From Camelus ferus (Eukaryota), in assembly GCF_009834535.1 (NCBI RefSeq), contig NC_045696.1, positions 91,390,001 through 91,454,000 on the forward strand: a DNA stretch of 64,000 nucleotides, written 5' to 3'. The notes beneath the pieces are model-generated. The model did no database searches and was not told the DNA's origin. It was given only the letters and a program-made list of their open reading frames with translations. The position numbers and the translations under genes are program-made. This document shows positions 51,854 through 64,000 of the stretch, in pieces (positions within the stretch are counted from its first letter, which is position 1; the number at the start of each line of letters is the position of its first letter).

Positions 51854-54800
51854 TAAATGGAAAGTGATAAGACAGTGGAGGGAAGGAAATAAAACAGCAG
51901 TATACGGGAGAGAATGAAGGGAAAATAGAATAAAGAGATTACGTTCTCAAGAGAAGGACTCCAGGAATCTGCCCTCCTTAGAGTGACCCCAGAGTTTTGG
52001 TTTATCCTAAATTTCATGCACTGAACATCAAAGAAATAGATGACAAGGGAGAACAGGGAATTAAGTCAGTGTGTGTCCAGAATGTGTAGCAAAGCAACGT
52101 GCAGACCTTTTTCCAACTGTGGCACTCTTTGCAACCTATCATTCCAGTGTTCCCATCTTGACATCCAGGAGTCACATTAGAACCCAACCCTGGTGTGAAT
52201 CACAGTCCCTGGAGGCATAATCTGGGAGCTTGGGAGTGATGGCTCTTTAGTGAGCCCACAGGCAAAACTGCAGAGAGCAGGGAGCCAGGTTCTTCTCTCC
52301 AAGTTTGCAGAGAAGGCTGTGTCTGCAAGTCTGATCAAGCTTTTAACCAGCTCCTACCACATGACAGATTCAGTGTTAGGAGCTTTTTTACTATGTTATA
52401 TTTTTATGTTCTCACAACAACAGTCTTTTAATATATAGTAGGATTATAGAGGTTTCATATTAAAGCATAATGGAGAAAATCTTGTGGGTGGGCAAGAACA
52501 AAGTAACATTCTCTACCCAACCCCTATTCACCTCTAGGCCTATGTGGTTCTTGGAGGGGCAATAGTGTAAATGCCCAGACATCAGCTCATAGAGTTTCCT
52601 TTCATTTCTTCCTTTAGTCTAGTCCAATGGGTCTCAAATTTTAGAGTGGACTAGATTCACAGTATTCACATTGATAATTCAAAGGAATTTTAAAGGAATG
52701 TCAAGGGTGACTTGCGTATTCCTCCCCCAAGTGATAGCCCACTAACTTTTATTATTACCTTCTAGAATACCTTTTTTGGGCCTCTTTTCCCACTGAAGGC
52801 TGCCTTCTCCAGAACTGTAGTCTGGTATCCATTCCCCTTGAGGTCTTCCCCACCCACCCATGCCCATGGTGACCTTTTCTCCTTTGATTTGCAACAGCTC
52901 ACATTGCCTCTCCACTCCTCCAAGCCTACAGTCCTGCTCTGAAATGCTCAGTATCTTTCTGTGTGCCCCTCCAGTCTCCCCAAAGCTGGAGAGAGCTAAT
53001 ATTCAGAGCCTATGCTCTATGGAAGGAAAATAGAGTCTTTATAAAGTGCTTACACACATTCCCACTTTTTTAGGCAAAACATGTTAATACAAAGAGAAAT
53101 TGATTCTTTGAGACCAACTGTTGGCTCAGAAAATGTGCATAAGGAGGTTCAGGACCATAATTAGAAACATGTGATGCTCTGGTCAGTGTTGCCCCTTGCT
53201 TAGGAAAAGCTGAATGCATTGTCACCCCACTAAGGTAGCCAGAGTTTTCATTAAAAAACAAACAAACAAACAAAAACCCTGTATCTTTTCAATCTAGGGA
53301 GGTGTATTGTGGTCACTTGTATACAAAGAAAATCAGAGCTACCATTCGTGGCAGTGGCTGTGGTTCTTGTTACTCCTCTGTGCGTAGGGAAGGAAGGGCT
53401 TCGGTTTTTTGCCCTGCTTCTCACTGAAGAAGTTAAATCTGACATGTGGTACCATTTATGTTCCATCTGCTGTTCATTTACTCCACCATTTGTCTTTCCT
53501 TAAAGCAGCATTTATGGTGATGTGAAGGTCTGTAAAGGTATTTCAGGAATTCGTTTATCAGCAAGAGAGGTAGGTGGGAGACATCATTATCAGCTTTGAA
53601 GCAGCTGATGAAGCAGGCCCAGTGAGTGTGAGGCCCCAGAGGGGCTGAGTCTGCCAGTGTGGACAAAGAGGGTGGAGGTGGAGGCGAGGCAGCCCTGACA
53701 GGGGAGTGAGCGACCAGGGAGACCAGACCCCTTTCCTGTAATGCAGCAGTGTTCAAAACCCAAGACACGCAAAAAAGAAAACAGGTTTTCATCAAGCTTC
53801 TATGGCTTGGCTTCCCCTTGGACACAAGACAGGGAACATCAAAGATTTAGCCTGAGGAAAAGAAAACCTGTGCTCTGGGAGGAGAGGTAAGAGGGACTTG
53901 ACCCTCGACAGCCCCTTTTGGAAAGTAACAGCTGAGGCTAAGACAGTTCTACTGGACCCTGATTACCTAGCTATTTGCTGTGTTGGTTCCCGAACAGCTC
54001 TCTGTTCCTTTTTGGCATCCATCATGATTGAACTCTGATGTTGCTATTTGCATGCCATTTCCTGAGTTTTGGACCCCTTTCAGTTTTTCTTAAAGAGGAC
54101 ACCAAAATTTATTTTTCAGATCACTGGGAAGGGTTGCTCAGTGATTATATGTCAACTCTGTTCTGGTGTCTGTTCCTACAGAATGTTACTCAGCGATATT
54201 AGCGTACATTCTTGTTGGTTACTGTGTTGTCACCAATCCCATAATATGTATTACTTCTTCCTGGGGTAGATTCAGAGGCAAACTAAAGGAAATGCCTACT
54301 GAGAAGCCAGTGGGGGAGGGTGTTTTAGGTGGGTGAGCTCTGGAGGCAGATACCTGTGTTTAATGCTGGGTTTCCTAGCTGATCTTCAGTAAATTACTTG
54401 ACATCTCTGTGCCTCAGCTACTCCATCTTTAAAAGGGAATTGGCATTAGGGCCTGCTTCTCTGGAAGAATGAGAAGACCTGGTGAGAGGATGTATCAAAA
54501 AGGTAACTTAACCATTTCCCTGCTCTTCCAGTGTCAAATGATGGCAAGTGACAATGTCTTAACTTTTTCCATGTCCAGACCCAGTGGTTGCATTTTCAAG
54601 GCAAATACTCTCCCCTTAATCCTCACTACCAGCCCCTTTTATCTGCTTATGTTCCCAGATGATGAAGTTAGCCTAGAAAAGGAGAATGTTGTCTCTACAA
54701 TTCTTACCCCTGATTCAGTGTGCTCTGATGACATTACTACTTCACATTGCTGTATTCTTTTATAGTTTACTAAGTGCTTTTGTAACTAGTTTCGCATCTA

Positions 54801-55157
54801 GCTGACAATTTGTTAGGATTCAAGGCTGCTGCTCACCCAGTCTGCCCATGTTAGTCTCAGGAATCTTGACTAATGATTTGAAGTCCATCTGAACTAGTAT
54901 CTATCAGGGGCAAAAAGTGGAAAGGTACCTTTACCTCAGAATTCATAAAGACCCCAGAAGGCTTGAGGGTCTTTGGGAGAGAATGGGAGAGAACTATGTA
55001 CACTTTACCACATACCAACTCCAAACAACACACAGCTTATTGTTTTAAGTCTTACCTCACTATAGAATTAGGGAAACCCTCAGCAGCCTTGCTTGGTCAA
55101 GAGAAAGTGCCTTTACCATGGTCTGCTTCAGATTCTTTTCTTTCATTGCTTGGGCCA

Positions 55158-55318
55158 CTGCTTCTCAAACTTGAATTTGTCAGTGGGGCACCTAGGGATT
55201 GGGTTAAAGTGCCTGTTCTGACTTAGTAGGTCTGGGGCAGAGCCCAAGATTCTGCATGTCCAATAACCTAGAAGGTGATGCTGATTCTGCTGGCCTGGCA
55301 ACCTCATTTTGAGCAGCA
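55158..55318. mobile_element. MER5A-like MITE
   Basis: agtaggtctggggcagagcccaagattctgcatgtc...ggtgatgctgattctgctgg. Confidence 0.75.
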
Positions 55319-55400
55319 AGGACAGGGGCTTTGCACTTTTTGCTGATCTTTTTCTGTGTCCCATTCTCTCTCATGCTGGTTGAATGAAAAGTGAGCAAAT

Positions 55401-56201
55401 AATATTGCAAATTTTAGAGAACATCCATCTGGTGCAGAGAAAAAGGAACTCTCCTACACTATTGGTGGGAATGTAATTTGGTGCAGCCACTATGGGGAAC
55501 AGTATAGAAGTTTCTTAAAAAACTAAAATAATGTTACCATATGATCCAACAATCCCACTCCTGGGCATATATCCAGAGAAAACTCTAATTCAAAAAACCC
55601 CAGTGTTCACAGCAGTACTATTTACAATAGCCAAGACATGGAAGCAACCTAAGTGTCCATCAGCAGATGATTGGCTAAAGAAGATGTGGTGTGTGTGTGT
55701 GTGTGTGTGTGTAATGTAATATTACTCAGCCATAAAAAAGAATGAAATAATTCCATTTGCAGCAACATGGATGGACCTAGAGATCATCATACTAAGTGAA
55801 GTAAGTCAGACAGAGAAAGACGAATATCATATGATATCACTTATATGTGAAATCTAAAAAAAAAAAAAATGATACAAATGGACTTATTTACAAAACAGAA
55901 ATAGACTCAAAGACATAGAAAACAATCTTTTGGTCACCAAAGGGGAAAGAGGGGGAGGGATAAATTAGGAGTTTTGGATTAACACATACACACTAGTATA
56001 CTACTATGTATAAAATAGATGAACAACAAGGACATACTGTACAGCACAGGAAACTGTATTCAATATCTTATAATAACCTATAACGGAAATGAATCTGAAA
56101 AAGAATACATTTATGTATGTATAACCAAATTACTTTGCTGTACACCTGAAATTAACACAACATTGTAAATCAACTATATTTCAAGAAAATATGCTAAAAA
56201 C
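55401..56201 (+). mobile_element. 5'-truncated lineage-specific L1 (ORF2 end and 3' UTR) with a 14-bp TSD
   Basis: Contains the L1 ORF2 C-terminal remnant LPYDPTIPLLGIYP...FTAVLFTIAKTWKQPKCPS. aaaagtgagcaaat occurs at 55387-55400 and 56202-56215. There is an internal (TG)n at about 55688-55712. Confidence 0.93.
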
Positions 56202-58562
56202 AAAAGTGAGCAAATGACTGAGCATCTGTATTAGAGTGATCACTTGCTCGTACCAGGGCTTTTAAACTTTTGTTCTAACTGTAGAGAATTCTCTCTGTGT
56301 GTCAGCAATTGCTCAGAATTCATATTTAAAGTACAAAGATTTTAAAAAGCAACTGTTTCTATCTTCCAGTCTGTGTATGCTCACACAGTAGGGAGGGTGA
56401 CTCTCCTGTAGTCCACAATCTACTTTAGCATCGTACAATGACAGGAGGGACTGTATGGTCCTTCCTGGCTTAGTACGGGAGAAGCTCATCTTCCAGGGTT
56501 GGTATTACCTGTACAGAATGCCTTCTTTCAGTGTCAAATGTCCACACTGGGCAGTAGCCACCTAGGGTTGTACCATTTGACTTTTTCATGCCTATTCTGT
56601 ATAGGCCACACTGTCAAATCCATTGTCTTAAATAATGCTTTCAGCAATCTGATGATGTATTATCATTGCTACTATTTTTGGATGACAGAAATGAGACTTA
56701 GAGTCATAAAGAGATTTGCCCATCACTAATAAATAGAAGATTGGAGTTATGAACCTAAGTCTTTTCCCTGGAAGGCCATGTTCAGTCCATTTCCCGATAA
56801 CTGTCTCCTTTTGAAGCCTCTAAAATAATCTTCTGTGAATGAAATGAATCATGGAGTCATTTCATTTCAGCAAAGTTCTGTATCCTGGTGTCCATATAAC
56901 TGGACATCTGCTGGTCTCTGCTCTTGCCCACTGAGGACGTCAGAGGTAGAAGAGAGTACCAAGAGAGTCAGCCTCGTCCTTTCCCTTAGTGTTGGAGTTT
57001 AGCTGTTACAGTGGCATTACTCACTGCAGGCCCAAACAGATGACAGCGCTATGGAGCTGGGGGATCATCTCTGTCATTCTTATGATGATTGATGACCCAA
57101 GAAATTGCTGAAGAGTAAGGAACATAACAACCTAAGAGTTTAGGACTCCTGTGTCGTTTTGATCCATTATGTTCTCCTGCTTCTCTTCTAACAAGCTTAA
57201 CTCTGCAGGAGTACAGATCCTGGATGTGGGATCATAAGCCAAGCTCATCAAAAGTTAATTAATATTATTTTGCTTTGATTTAAGGAGCCAGGAAAAGAGG
57301 CTGCCAGTCTCTCCACCTCTGCCAGTTTTATAGTCTCATCTCCCAGCTTAGTGAGAGCAGTAAGCAGTGAGACCAATTCCTTCCTAAGGGGGAGCCCCGC
57401 TCACACAAGAGGGAGGAAATTAAGCCTCCTCTTGCCCCTCCAAGGTATCCCTAAAGGTGCTTTCAAAAACTTTATCTTGGCAACAGAGACCAGAAACTGC
57501 TCAGACTGGAAATCATCTGAGCCTCTTGTAATGTGGCATGTTGAGTTAAAGCCAAGTTAATATTTAGGGAATTATAGAACTCTGACAAAGATTTCTGTAA
57601 AATTACCTCTGGAGTTAAAAGTGACACATGGAGAAGAAATAACAACTCCCCTGCATGAGCCCAACCCCCGCCCCCCCCATCTCCAGCCACCCACAAGTAA
57701 ATGCACACAGGTCCAGGGGCTCAACCCTCTACTAGTGCTTTCACATTTGTGATGCATTTTTTTTGCTCTAGAAGGAATGCAGTTTATCTCTGGAAAAGAT
57801 CTTTGTTTTTCAGATTCCCTATTTATACTAAATTTAAAAACCAAGCGGAGAAGAAGTAAAGGAGCAGTGAATGTTTATAAACTCAAACTTCTATCTACCA
57901 TTTTCTGACCTTTCAACTTAGTGGAAACAGACTTGTTCTAATTCCCTGCTAGCTGAACGTGTGACAAATCCAGGTGGATTGATGGCAGTGACAAAGTTTT
58001 CTCTGGTCTACCTTGCAGCTTTGGCTGCCTTGGTTACTCTTCATTACCACCCCTATCCCCTGACTCCTGTGTTATACAGATATCCAAATCATAAAAACAG
58101 AAGATTGTGTATAAGAGAAAGTCTTTGTGGTGAGAATCCTGCTCATAGGGAACAATCATCGGCCTCATATCTAGAGATCACTTTTCTGGCCCAGACATTT
58201 TATTGTTGTCTCTTCACTCTTCCTATTTGGCCTTCTGCAAATCCTTCTTTTTACTCCCACTCTTGCTCCTTGCTTTTCTCCACATTTGATATTTACCAAA
58301 TGACACCGCTGTACCCCCCACTCCCCATGGACCAGGAGATGTGGCCAGGGGTTCATGGACATCTGGTAGACCTCTGGAGGGTTTTTTGGTGAGTGCAGGG
58401 AGCAGGCTACCTTCAGAAACCTTCAGAAATAGGTGGTCTCAGTTCATTTATTCTGCAAACACTTCAGGTACCTCTGAGTGCCAAGCATTGTGCTAGGAAC
58501 AGGGCAACAGGGATGAGCATTATAGGTCCCTGCCCACTGAGCAGCAGGGATTTACCTAGGAA

Positions 58563-58778
58563 TAGGGTCGCCAGATTTAATAAATAGAAATACAGGACAT
58601 GCAGTTAAATTTCAGGTAGAGAACAAGTAATTTTTTAGTATAAATATAGTCATTTGAGTATAATACAACACATTTTTTACTATGTCCCATTAGAGACACA
58701 CTTATACTGAAAAAAGTTTTGTTGTTTATCTGAAATTCAAATTTGGCTGGGTATCCTGTATTTTACTTGGCAACCCTG
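58563..58778. mobile_element. MER53-like palindromic MITE
   Basis: TIRs tagggtcgccaga...aaatacagga / tcctgtattttacttggcaaccctg. Confidence 0.85.
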
Positions 58779-59155
58779 TCCCAGTGGCACTTGGTCAGCA
58801 GATGTCTAGGGATAACCCATAACTTCTCTCATGACTAGAGTCCCCTCAGAGAGATGCTATAAGGCAATTTGAGGGTGAAAGAAGTCATCCTCCCAGGTAC
58901 AAGAGCTCTGACTCAGTCACGCCATGCTGCTTAATAGCCAACACTTGGTATGGAGACAGGGGCAGGGGAAGGGAGCTGAATGACTATCCTCTGCTAAAGT
59001 CTTATGCCACAGCCTTCTCCAGGGGACATCAGTGCCCTCCAGGATATGGAATATTGATCTGCCTGTGTCTAAACCACTGTTGGTTTCTTTCTATGCAACA
59101 CAAGGCATAGACAGAACAGATAAAGCTTCCAGAGGAATTAATCATAGTAATAATT

Positions 59156-59182
<27 letters not shown>
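59156..59182. repeat. (AAT)n microsatellite
   Basis: Read directly from the sequence. Confidence 0.9.
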
Positions 59183-59187
<5 letters not shown>

Positions 59188-61391
59188 TGTAACATCTATT
59201 GACTACCTGTTTTGTGCTAGGAACAGTGCTTCACACTGATCTGTCATTTCGACTTCCCAACAACCCTGTGAGTTACAGTTATTATCTCCATTTTATAGAT
59301 GGGGAAATTGACATGAAAAATACATGAAATAGATCTCCATATGTAAGAAAATTTTATTTTTAAAAATCAGAAACTTATTCAATAAAATTATCAAGGGAGA
59401 TTTACTATAATTTTGTGAAATTTGAAGTTTGAGGGAAGAAAATGTTATTTTACCTGTTGTTACAACCAGAGCTTTATGTAGAAAGAAAAAGCTAGTAAAT
59501 TCAAGAAAAAGTATTCCTCTAACAACTCATATATTTTGAGATTTTAAAATGTGCATAATACTCAATATCTGATATATGCATATTGGAGTATATTTTGTGC
59601 TTTACGAATTTTTAATTTTAATAACACCAGCTATCGAAATTTCTGTTCAAAAATAAAGGTAACTTTTATTTTTTAAATGTAATTAAGTTCCAAGGAACCA
59701 GAGAAATACTTCAGTTTAGTGACTACACATGGACTATTATAGATAGAAAAATACCTCCTGCACAAATTTGTCATCTTGAGAGGGTTCATTGGATCTTTTA
59801 AAATTAACCTTGGCAATCATCATGGTTTGTAAAATATCCAATGATAGCATTATCTTGGTTTTATTTATAATAGGAGTAAAAATCTAGCTTTTAGAATCTT
59901 CTGGCTAGAAGATGTCAAAACCTCCCATCTGTTTGTGGGCAGCCAGCGTTATATATGTGTATGTCAGAAAGGGAAACACATTCAGAATGAGTCTGTATCC
60001 CCATGAACTGGTTCTTAAAATCTATTCATGTATATTTTAGTCAAACATGGGATGGAAAATAAGTTTTTCATTATGTATGCAAAACTATAGGTGGCCTATA
60101 AAAATTATGTTAAAAATGCATTTAAATTTTCTCAGCAATAGCTTGTTATATGATAAACAATACCCTGGCTACCTAATGGATGATGGGCTCTCCTTCCATC
60201 ATCTCTCCCTAGGCTGGATTAACAGGGGGATTCCAACCACTGAGGACCCAAAACTATGAACCCTCTTTCAAGGTTAGGACCCCTGTCTAGCCCAGCCAGA
60301 ACAGCTGCAGGGTCCAGTCCTGCCAACTAACCTTCAACGGTGCCCACCACAGACATGGCCACAGAATGGGTGGAATGTAACTGGAAAAAAAAAAGATTGT
60401 CACCAGGCCTTCTGTGTTGGTTTTCCCTAATAAGCAGTGCCATTAAAAAAAGCCATTTTGTCTTCTCTCACCCTCACTAAAAAACTATGCCAGGTTTGCT
60501 TTGACCCTTATGGGAAAATAGCCATATGTTTGAAAAAGCCAGGATTTTTCTGTAAATTTGAGGCCCCTTTCCTCAACCTCCAGGAAAAATGTTAACAAAA
60601 ACCAAGTAAATACGCACAGGACAAACCAACAGAATTATTAAGCCATCTTGGAGAATGGATTTCTAAGGATTATTAACCCTTGTGATTGTAAAGAAAGAAG
60701 TAATACTAACCCCATGTGATATGATTGATAGTGATTGCTGAACAGAAAAAGTAGCTCTAGGCTGGCTCAGTAATAAAAGACAGGTAAGGGAAGGTAAATG
60801 CATGCTACTTTTTTCTAATCATTCAGCACCGTAGTGCGCATTAGTGAGCTATTTCTGCAGCGTATCTATAGGGCCTTACTCTATCTAAGGCACTGTGTTA
60901 GCCCTTAGAGGTGTTACAAACTTATTTCACATACAGTCTCTGCCTTAAAGAAGGCACTTTTAATGGCCCACAGAGTGTTTTTATAAATTCTACTATAAAA
61001 GATATTTGGAACTGTTAATATCATTCATGGAGAACCTCTTTCCTCCAACATATTAAAATTCAGAAAGGTTTTTTTGCTTCATAAAATAGAGCTAGATAAG
61101 AATATGGTCGATGACCATAAAAATTGCTTTTTATTCTCTGAATCCCTCAAAAAGTATTTCTAATACAAAGTTGCCATAAACACCAATGTTAAACTCTGGC
61201 AGAATATGCTATAGAAGCAATTTCATAGACCTAAGTCCATAGTAATTAGTCAATAAATATTTGTTAAATGACTAATAAAAATTGAGCAGATACAATTTTC
61301 AATTTTGAATAAGAAGCAGTTAAACAAAGAGTAATGCTTTGCTGAAGGGTAATGTGATGAACATCTAATGCAATGATTTTCGTTCTTTTAG

Positions 61392-61601
61392 GAGAAAAAA
61401 TGGCACTGAAATTGCGTTTCCTGAGAAGCTGAAAGAAACCAAGCTCCCAGTAGATGAAAATGAAGACCATGAAAAGCTCCAAGTTAAAATACAGGCTTTT
61501 GAAGACAAAATAAATGCTGAGAGCAATACCCCTGGCTCTATCAGAAGATACAGTTTGGACCAAGTTTCTAAGGAAGAAAGAAAAGACATTAGGTTTAACA
61601 G
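61392..61601 (+). CDS. VEPH1: VEPH1 internal coding exon (about exon 8); not in the ORF track
   Basis: ttcttttag|G AGA AAA AAT...AAC AG|gtataa; 210 nt, phase 2-2. Encodes RRKNGTEIAFPEKLKETKLPVDENEDHEKLQVKIQAFEDKINAESNTPGSIRRYSLDQVSKEERKDIRFNR. Confidence 0.95.
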
Positions 61602-62156
61602 GTATAAATTTTGTTTGGCTGATTTTTAAAAGTAGATACTTCATGTTTGCTATTAGTTTTGTTATCACACTTTCATGAAGTGGTTTTTAAATATCTTTTA
61701 TCTATAGAAAAATTCATCCACAGTGCTTTTGTTATCCATAGAAGCTCACTATATTAAAAGAATACAAATAAAAATCATAAACCTATGGCTTATTTTTAAA
61801 AAACACTTTTTAAATATAAATATGCTTATATTGACAATGACTGTTAAAAGCTTATCTTGATTTCTGATGAAAGTAGAAAAAAAGAGTATAAATATGTAAG
61901 TCCACCATTTCCCAGCCAGTTTGGCTGTGAAATTGATTTTTAAATCTTTGTTTTGGGAGGTGGCCTGTATCTACAAAGGTTTGGCATGTTACATAATTTG
62001 TATGTTTTATCAAAGCTGTTAACAGCACCAATTTTGAGTTTGATACCCTAGAGGAAGTAACTTTTGTCCCAGTGTTGTTACTCTTTCTTTTTCTTGTCAG
62101 TAAATGGTAGCTCAACTTCTTTACCTGCCTCAGCCTTCCCTTTGTTTGTATTGTAG

Positions 62157-62554
62157 GTCAAAGAGTTTGGCTTTGCACACTGTGCTAACGAGTGCCTTGA
62201 GTTCAGAGGATAGGGATGCTGTCGAGAGCGGAGATACTCCAGCCAGCCTCTCTCTTTCAGAAATAGACCCACTTGGCCTAGGAAATGCCAGGTCACCCTT
62301 TAAGGCAGACACTGATGGATTACAGCTGGTAAATTCTTCAGTTTCACACCCAAGTGTTACACATTTAGAATCTGAGACTTTGCCAGGAACAGTTAAAGAA
62401 AACTATCAGGAAGAAACTCCAGGGACAACCGCAAGTCCTGTGGAATACCATGATAAGCTCTACTTGCACTTAAAGGAAAACCTCAGCAAAGTGAAAGCGT
62501 ATGCTGTGGAAATTGGAAAGAAGATTCCAGTCCCGGACCAGTGCACCATTGAAG
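62157..62554 (+). CDS. VEPH1: VEPH1 internal coding exon (about exon 9)
   Basis: ttgtattgtag|G TCA AAG AGT...GAA G|gtaagt; 398 nt. Encodes SKSLALHTVLTS...EYHDKLYLHLKENLSKVKAYAVEIGKKIPVPDQCTIE, in frame with the previous exon. Confidence 0.96.
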
Positions 62555-63183
62555 GTAAGTGACCTGAACTCCCCAAACTTTAGAAATGTTAGACATCGCT
62601 GGGGGGAAAAAAGTCAAATAGTATAAATTGCCATATGCTTCTGGATCTTTTGCAAAATAGATAATTCGAAAACACCCTTACATTATTTTAATCGCTTTTT
62701 TCCCTATTAAGTTCAATCATGTTTTTGATTCCTACTTGAATCTGCTTAAGTCCACCAACACTGATTTTTTTCCAAACCTCAAATTGTATTATTTCTGGTT
62801 TCCCATCCCTAATGTTCAGGAAAATTCAGGAAAGAGATCTGTGGCCCCCAAAACAGGCTCTGGGATAGGTGTGCAGCCAGAGGCATTTTCTACCCACATA
62901 ATCATGCAAGGAAGCTATAGGCATCATTGAACTTCAAGAGATTTTCCTTCTGTTCGTTCAACAAACGCTTGCGAAGCAGCTACTGTGCACCAGACACTGT
63001 GTTAAAGGTTCAGCTTTGTGTGGGATTCAGCTATGAACCAAACAAACACAGGCCCTGACCTCTTGGAGGTTATTAGACTATAGAAAGAAAAGATTGAAAC
63101 CATAGTCAGGAGGTGATGTAGGTCAGGAGCCAGTGAGAGTATGAGCTGGTCAGAAAACGAAGGACAAATTAAGAAAAGATAGT

Positions 63184-63449
63184 CAGGGCTGGAACTTCCC
63201 TGAGGTGCACAATTTTAAATTGTGCCCAAAAAGCTCAGTAAAATTTTAAGTAAAATCAGAATTAGTAGCAATTTCTTGCCAAGTCATGTTGGAGTTGAGG
63301 CAAAAGGCTTAAGTAGTAATATTGATCATGTCTTCATTTACAAATTTGATATTTTGTTTATCATGGACTTTTGTATTAATTTTGATTTTTAAAAATATTA
63401 TTTATCTTGACTACTAAATTTTCCGATGCTCCCTTAAGTCCTGGCCCTG
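63184..63449. mobile_element. hAT-Tip100-like MITE
   Basis: Imperfect TIRs cagggctggaact / agtcctggccctg. Confidence 0.55.
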
Positions 63450-64000
63450 GAAAAGTTGATGGGCTGAGACACAGGTAATAAAACAGCAGAGCACCCAGGG
63501 CAAGCTTACCCTTCTGGTAGTGGGTTGTACGGGTTTGGATGGCAGAAGGCACCGCTGGGCTCATTAGATCTTCCCTACGATCTCTCTTAAGCAGCAGCCT
63601 TGTTTTTCCCTTGAGATTTAGATGAGGGTCCTTGCCTACTCATAGGACATGACATCTTTTCACAGGCTACAGCCTCATAGAAAGAGCCAGACGGCTCATT
63701 GTCCGAAAAGAAACACAGCTGAAGGTTATCGAATCTAATTCGTATCTGCCCACCCACTGACTGTCATCCCCCTTCACGTTCAGGTGCTACGAGGGTTCTT
63801 CCGTGCTCTACTTTCTATTCCCTTCTCCTGTTCCAAATCAGAGGCAAGAATGCATTCTCATTGCCAAAGAGGGGGTGGTGGTGGTTCAAGCATTTGGTAA
63901 TGACCAAATTGTTATTTAGCATGTCTGTATAGAATCTGACATTTTCAAAGGTGTTTACATTAATTTATTGATTAGCCTTCTTTTTTAAAATGGTAACAAT

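Noticed and set aside
55531..55719. ORF with L1 ORF2-like peptide (also 45759-46028 on the minus strand)
   Set aside because: Short decayed fragments of truncated L1 copies, not intact genes.
57961..58392. 143-aa intronic ORF
   Set aside because: Non-ATG start, no recognisable homology, and no supporting gene structure.
61264..61668. 134-aa hydrophobic minus-strand ORF
   Set aside because: It is the antisense shadow of the A-rich VEPH1 exon at 61392-61601.
1..64000. Prokaryotic-type systems (CRISPR arrays, operons, defence loci), tRNA or rRNA genes
   Set aside because: The sequence is mammalian intron/exon DNA. I saw no regular repeat-spacer arrays and no tRNA or rRNA signatures.

Overview
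Mammalian (eutherian) genomic DNA from the VEPH1/PTX3 locus. It is probably a cetartiodactyl and possibly a camelid: I saw no Alu, B1/B2, BovB/Bov-A2, PRE-1 or CanSINE copies, and the young L1 3' ends are of a cetartiodactyl type. Five internal coding exons of VEPH1 lie on the + strand (11224-11390, 20217-20426, 45968-46188, 61392-61601, 62157-62554). All have GT-AG boundaries and they splice into one continuous open frame. The long pentraxin gene PTX3 is nested antisense in the first VEPH1 intron shown. The window holds its promoter (NF-kB, AP-1-like and GC-box motifs), exon 1 (CDS 3889-4018) and CpG-island exon 2 (3025-3429); the pentraxin-domain exon 3 lies beyond base 1. The rest is intron filled with L1, L2, MIR, MaLR/ERVL LTRs and hAT/Tigger DNA transposon remnants. 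The best non-obvious observations are: a U6 snRNA/L1 chimeric retrocopy with target-site duplication; an antisense L1 apparently inserted into the polypyrimidine tract of a VEPH1 acceptor; a recursive-splice-like AG|GTAATG exon start; a frame-preserving 66-nt candidate cassette exon; and an AP-1/TEAD/RUNX motif cluster about 12 kb upstream of PTX3. I see no evidence for a wholly new biological system. Repeat subfamily names and human comparisons are from memory and need database confirmation.
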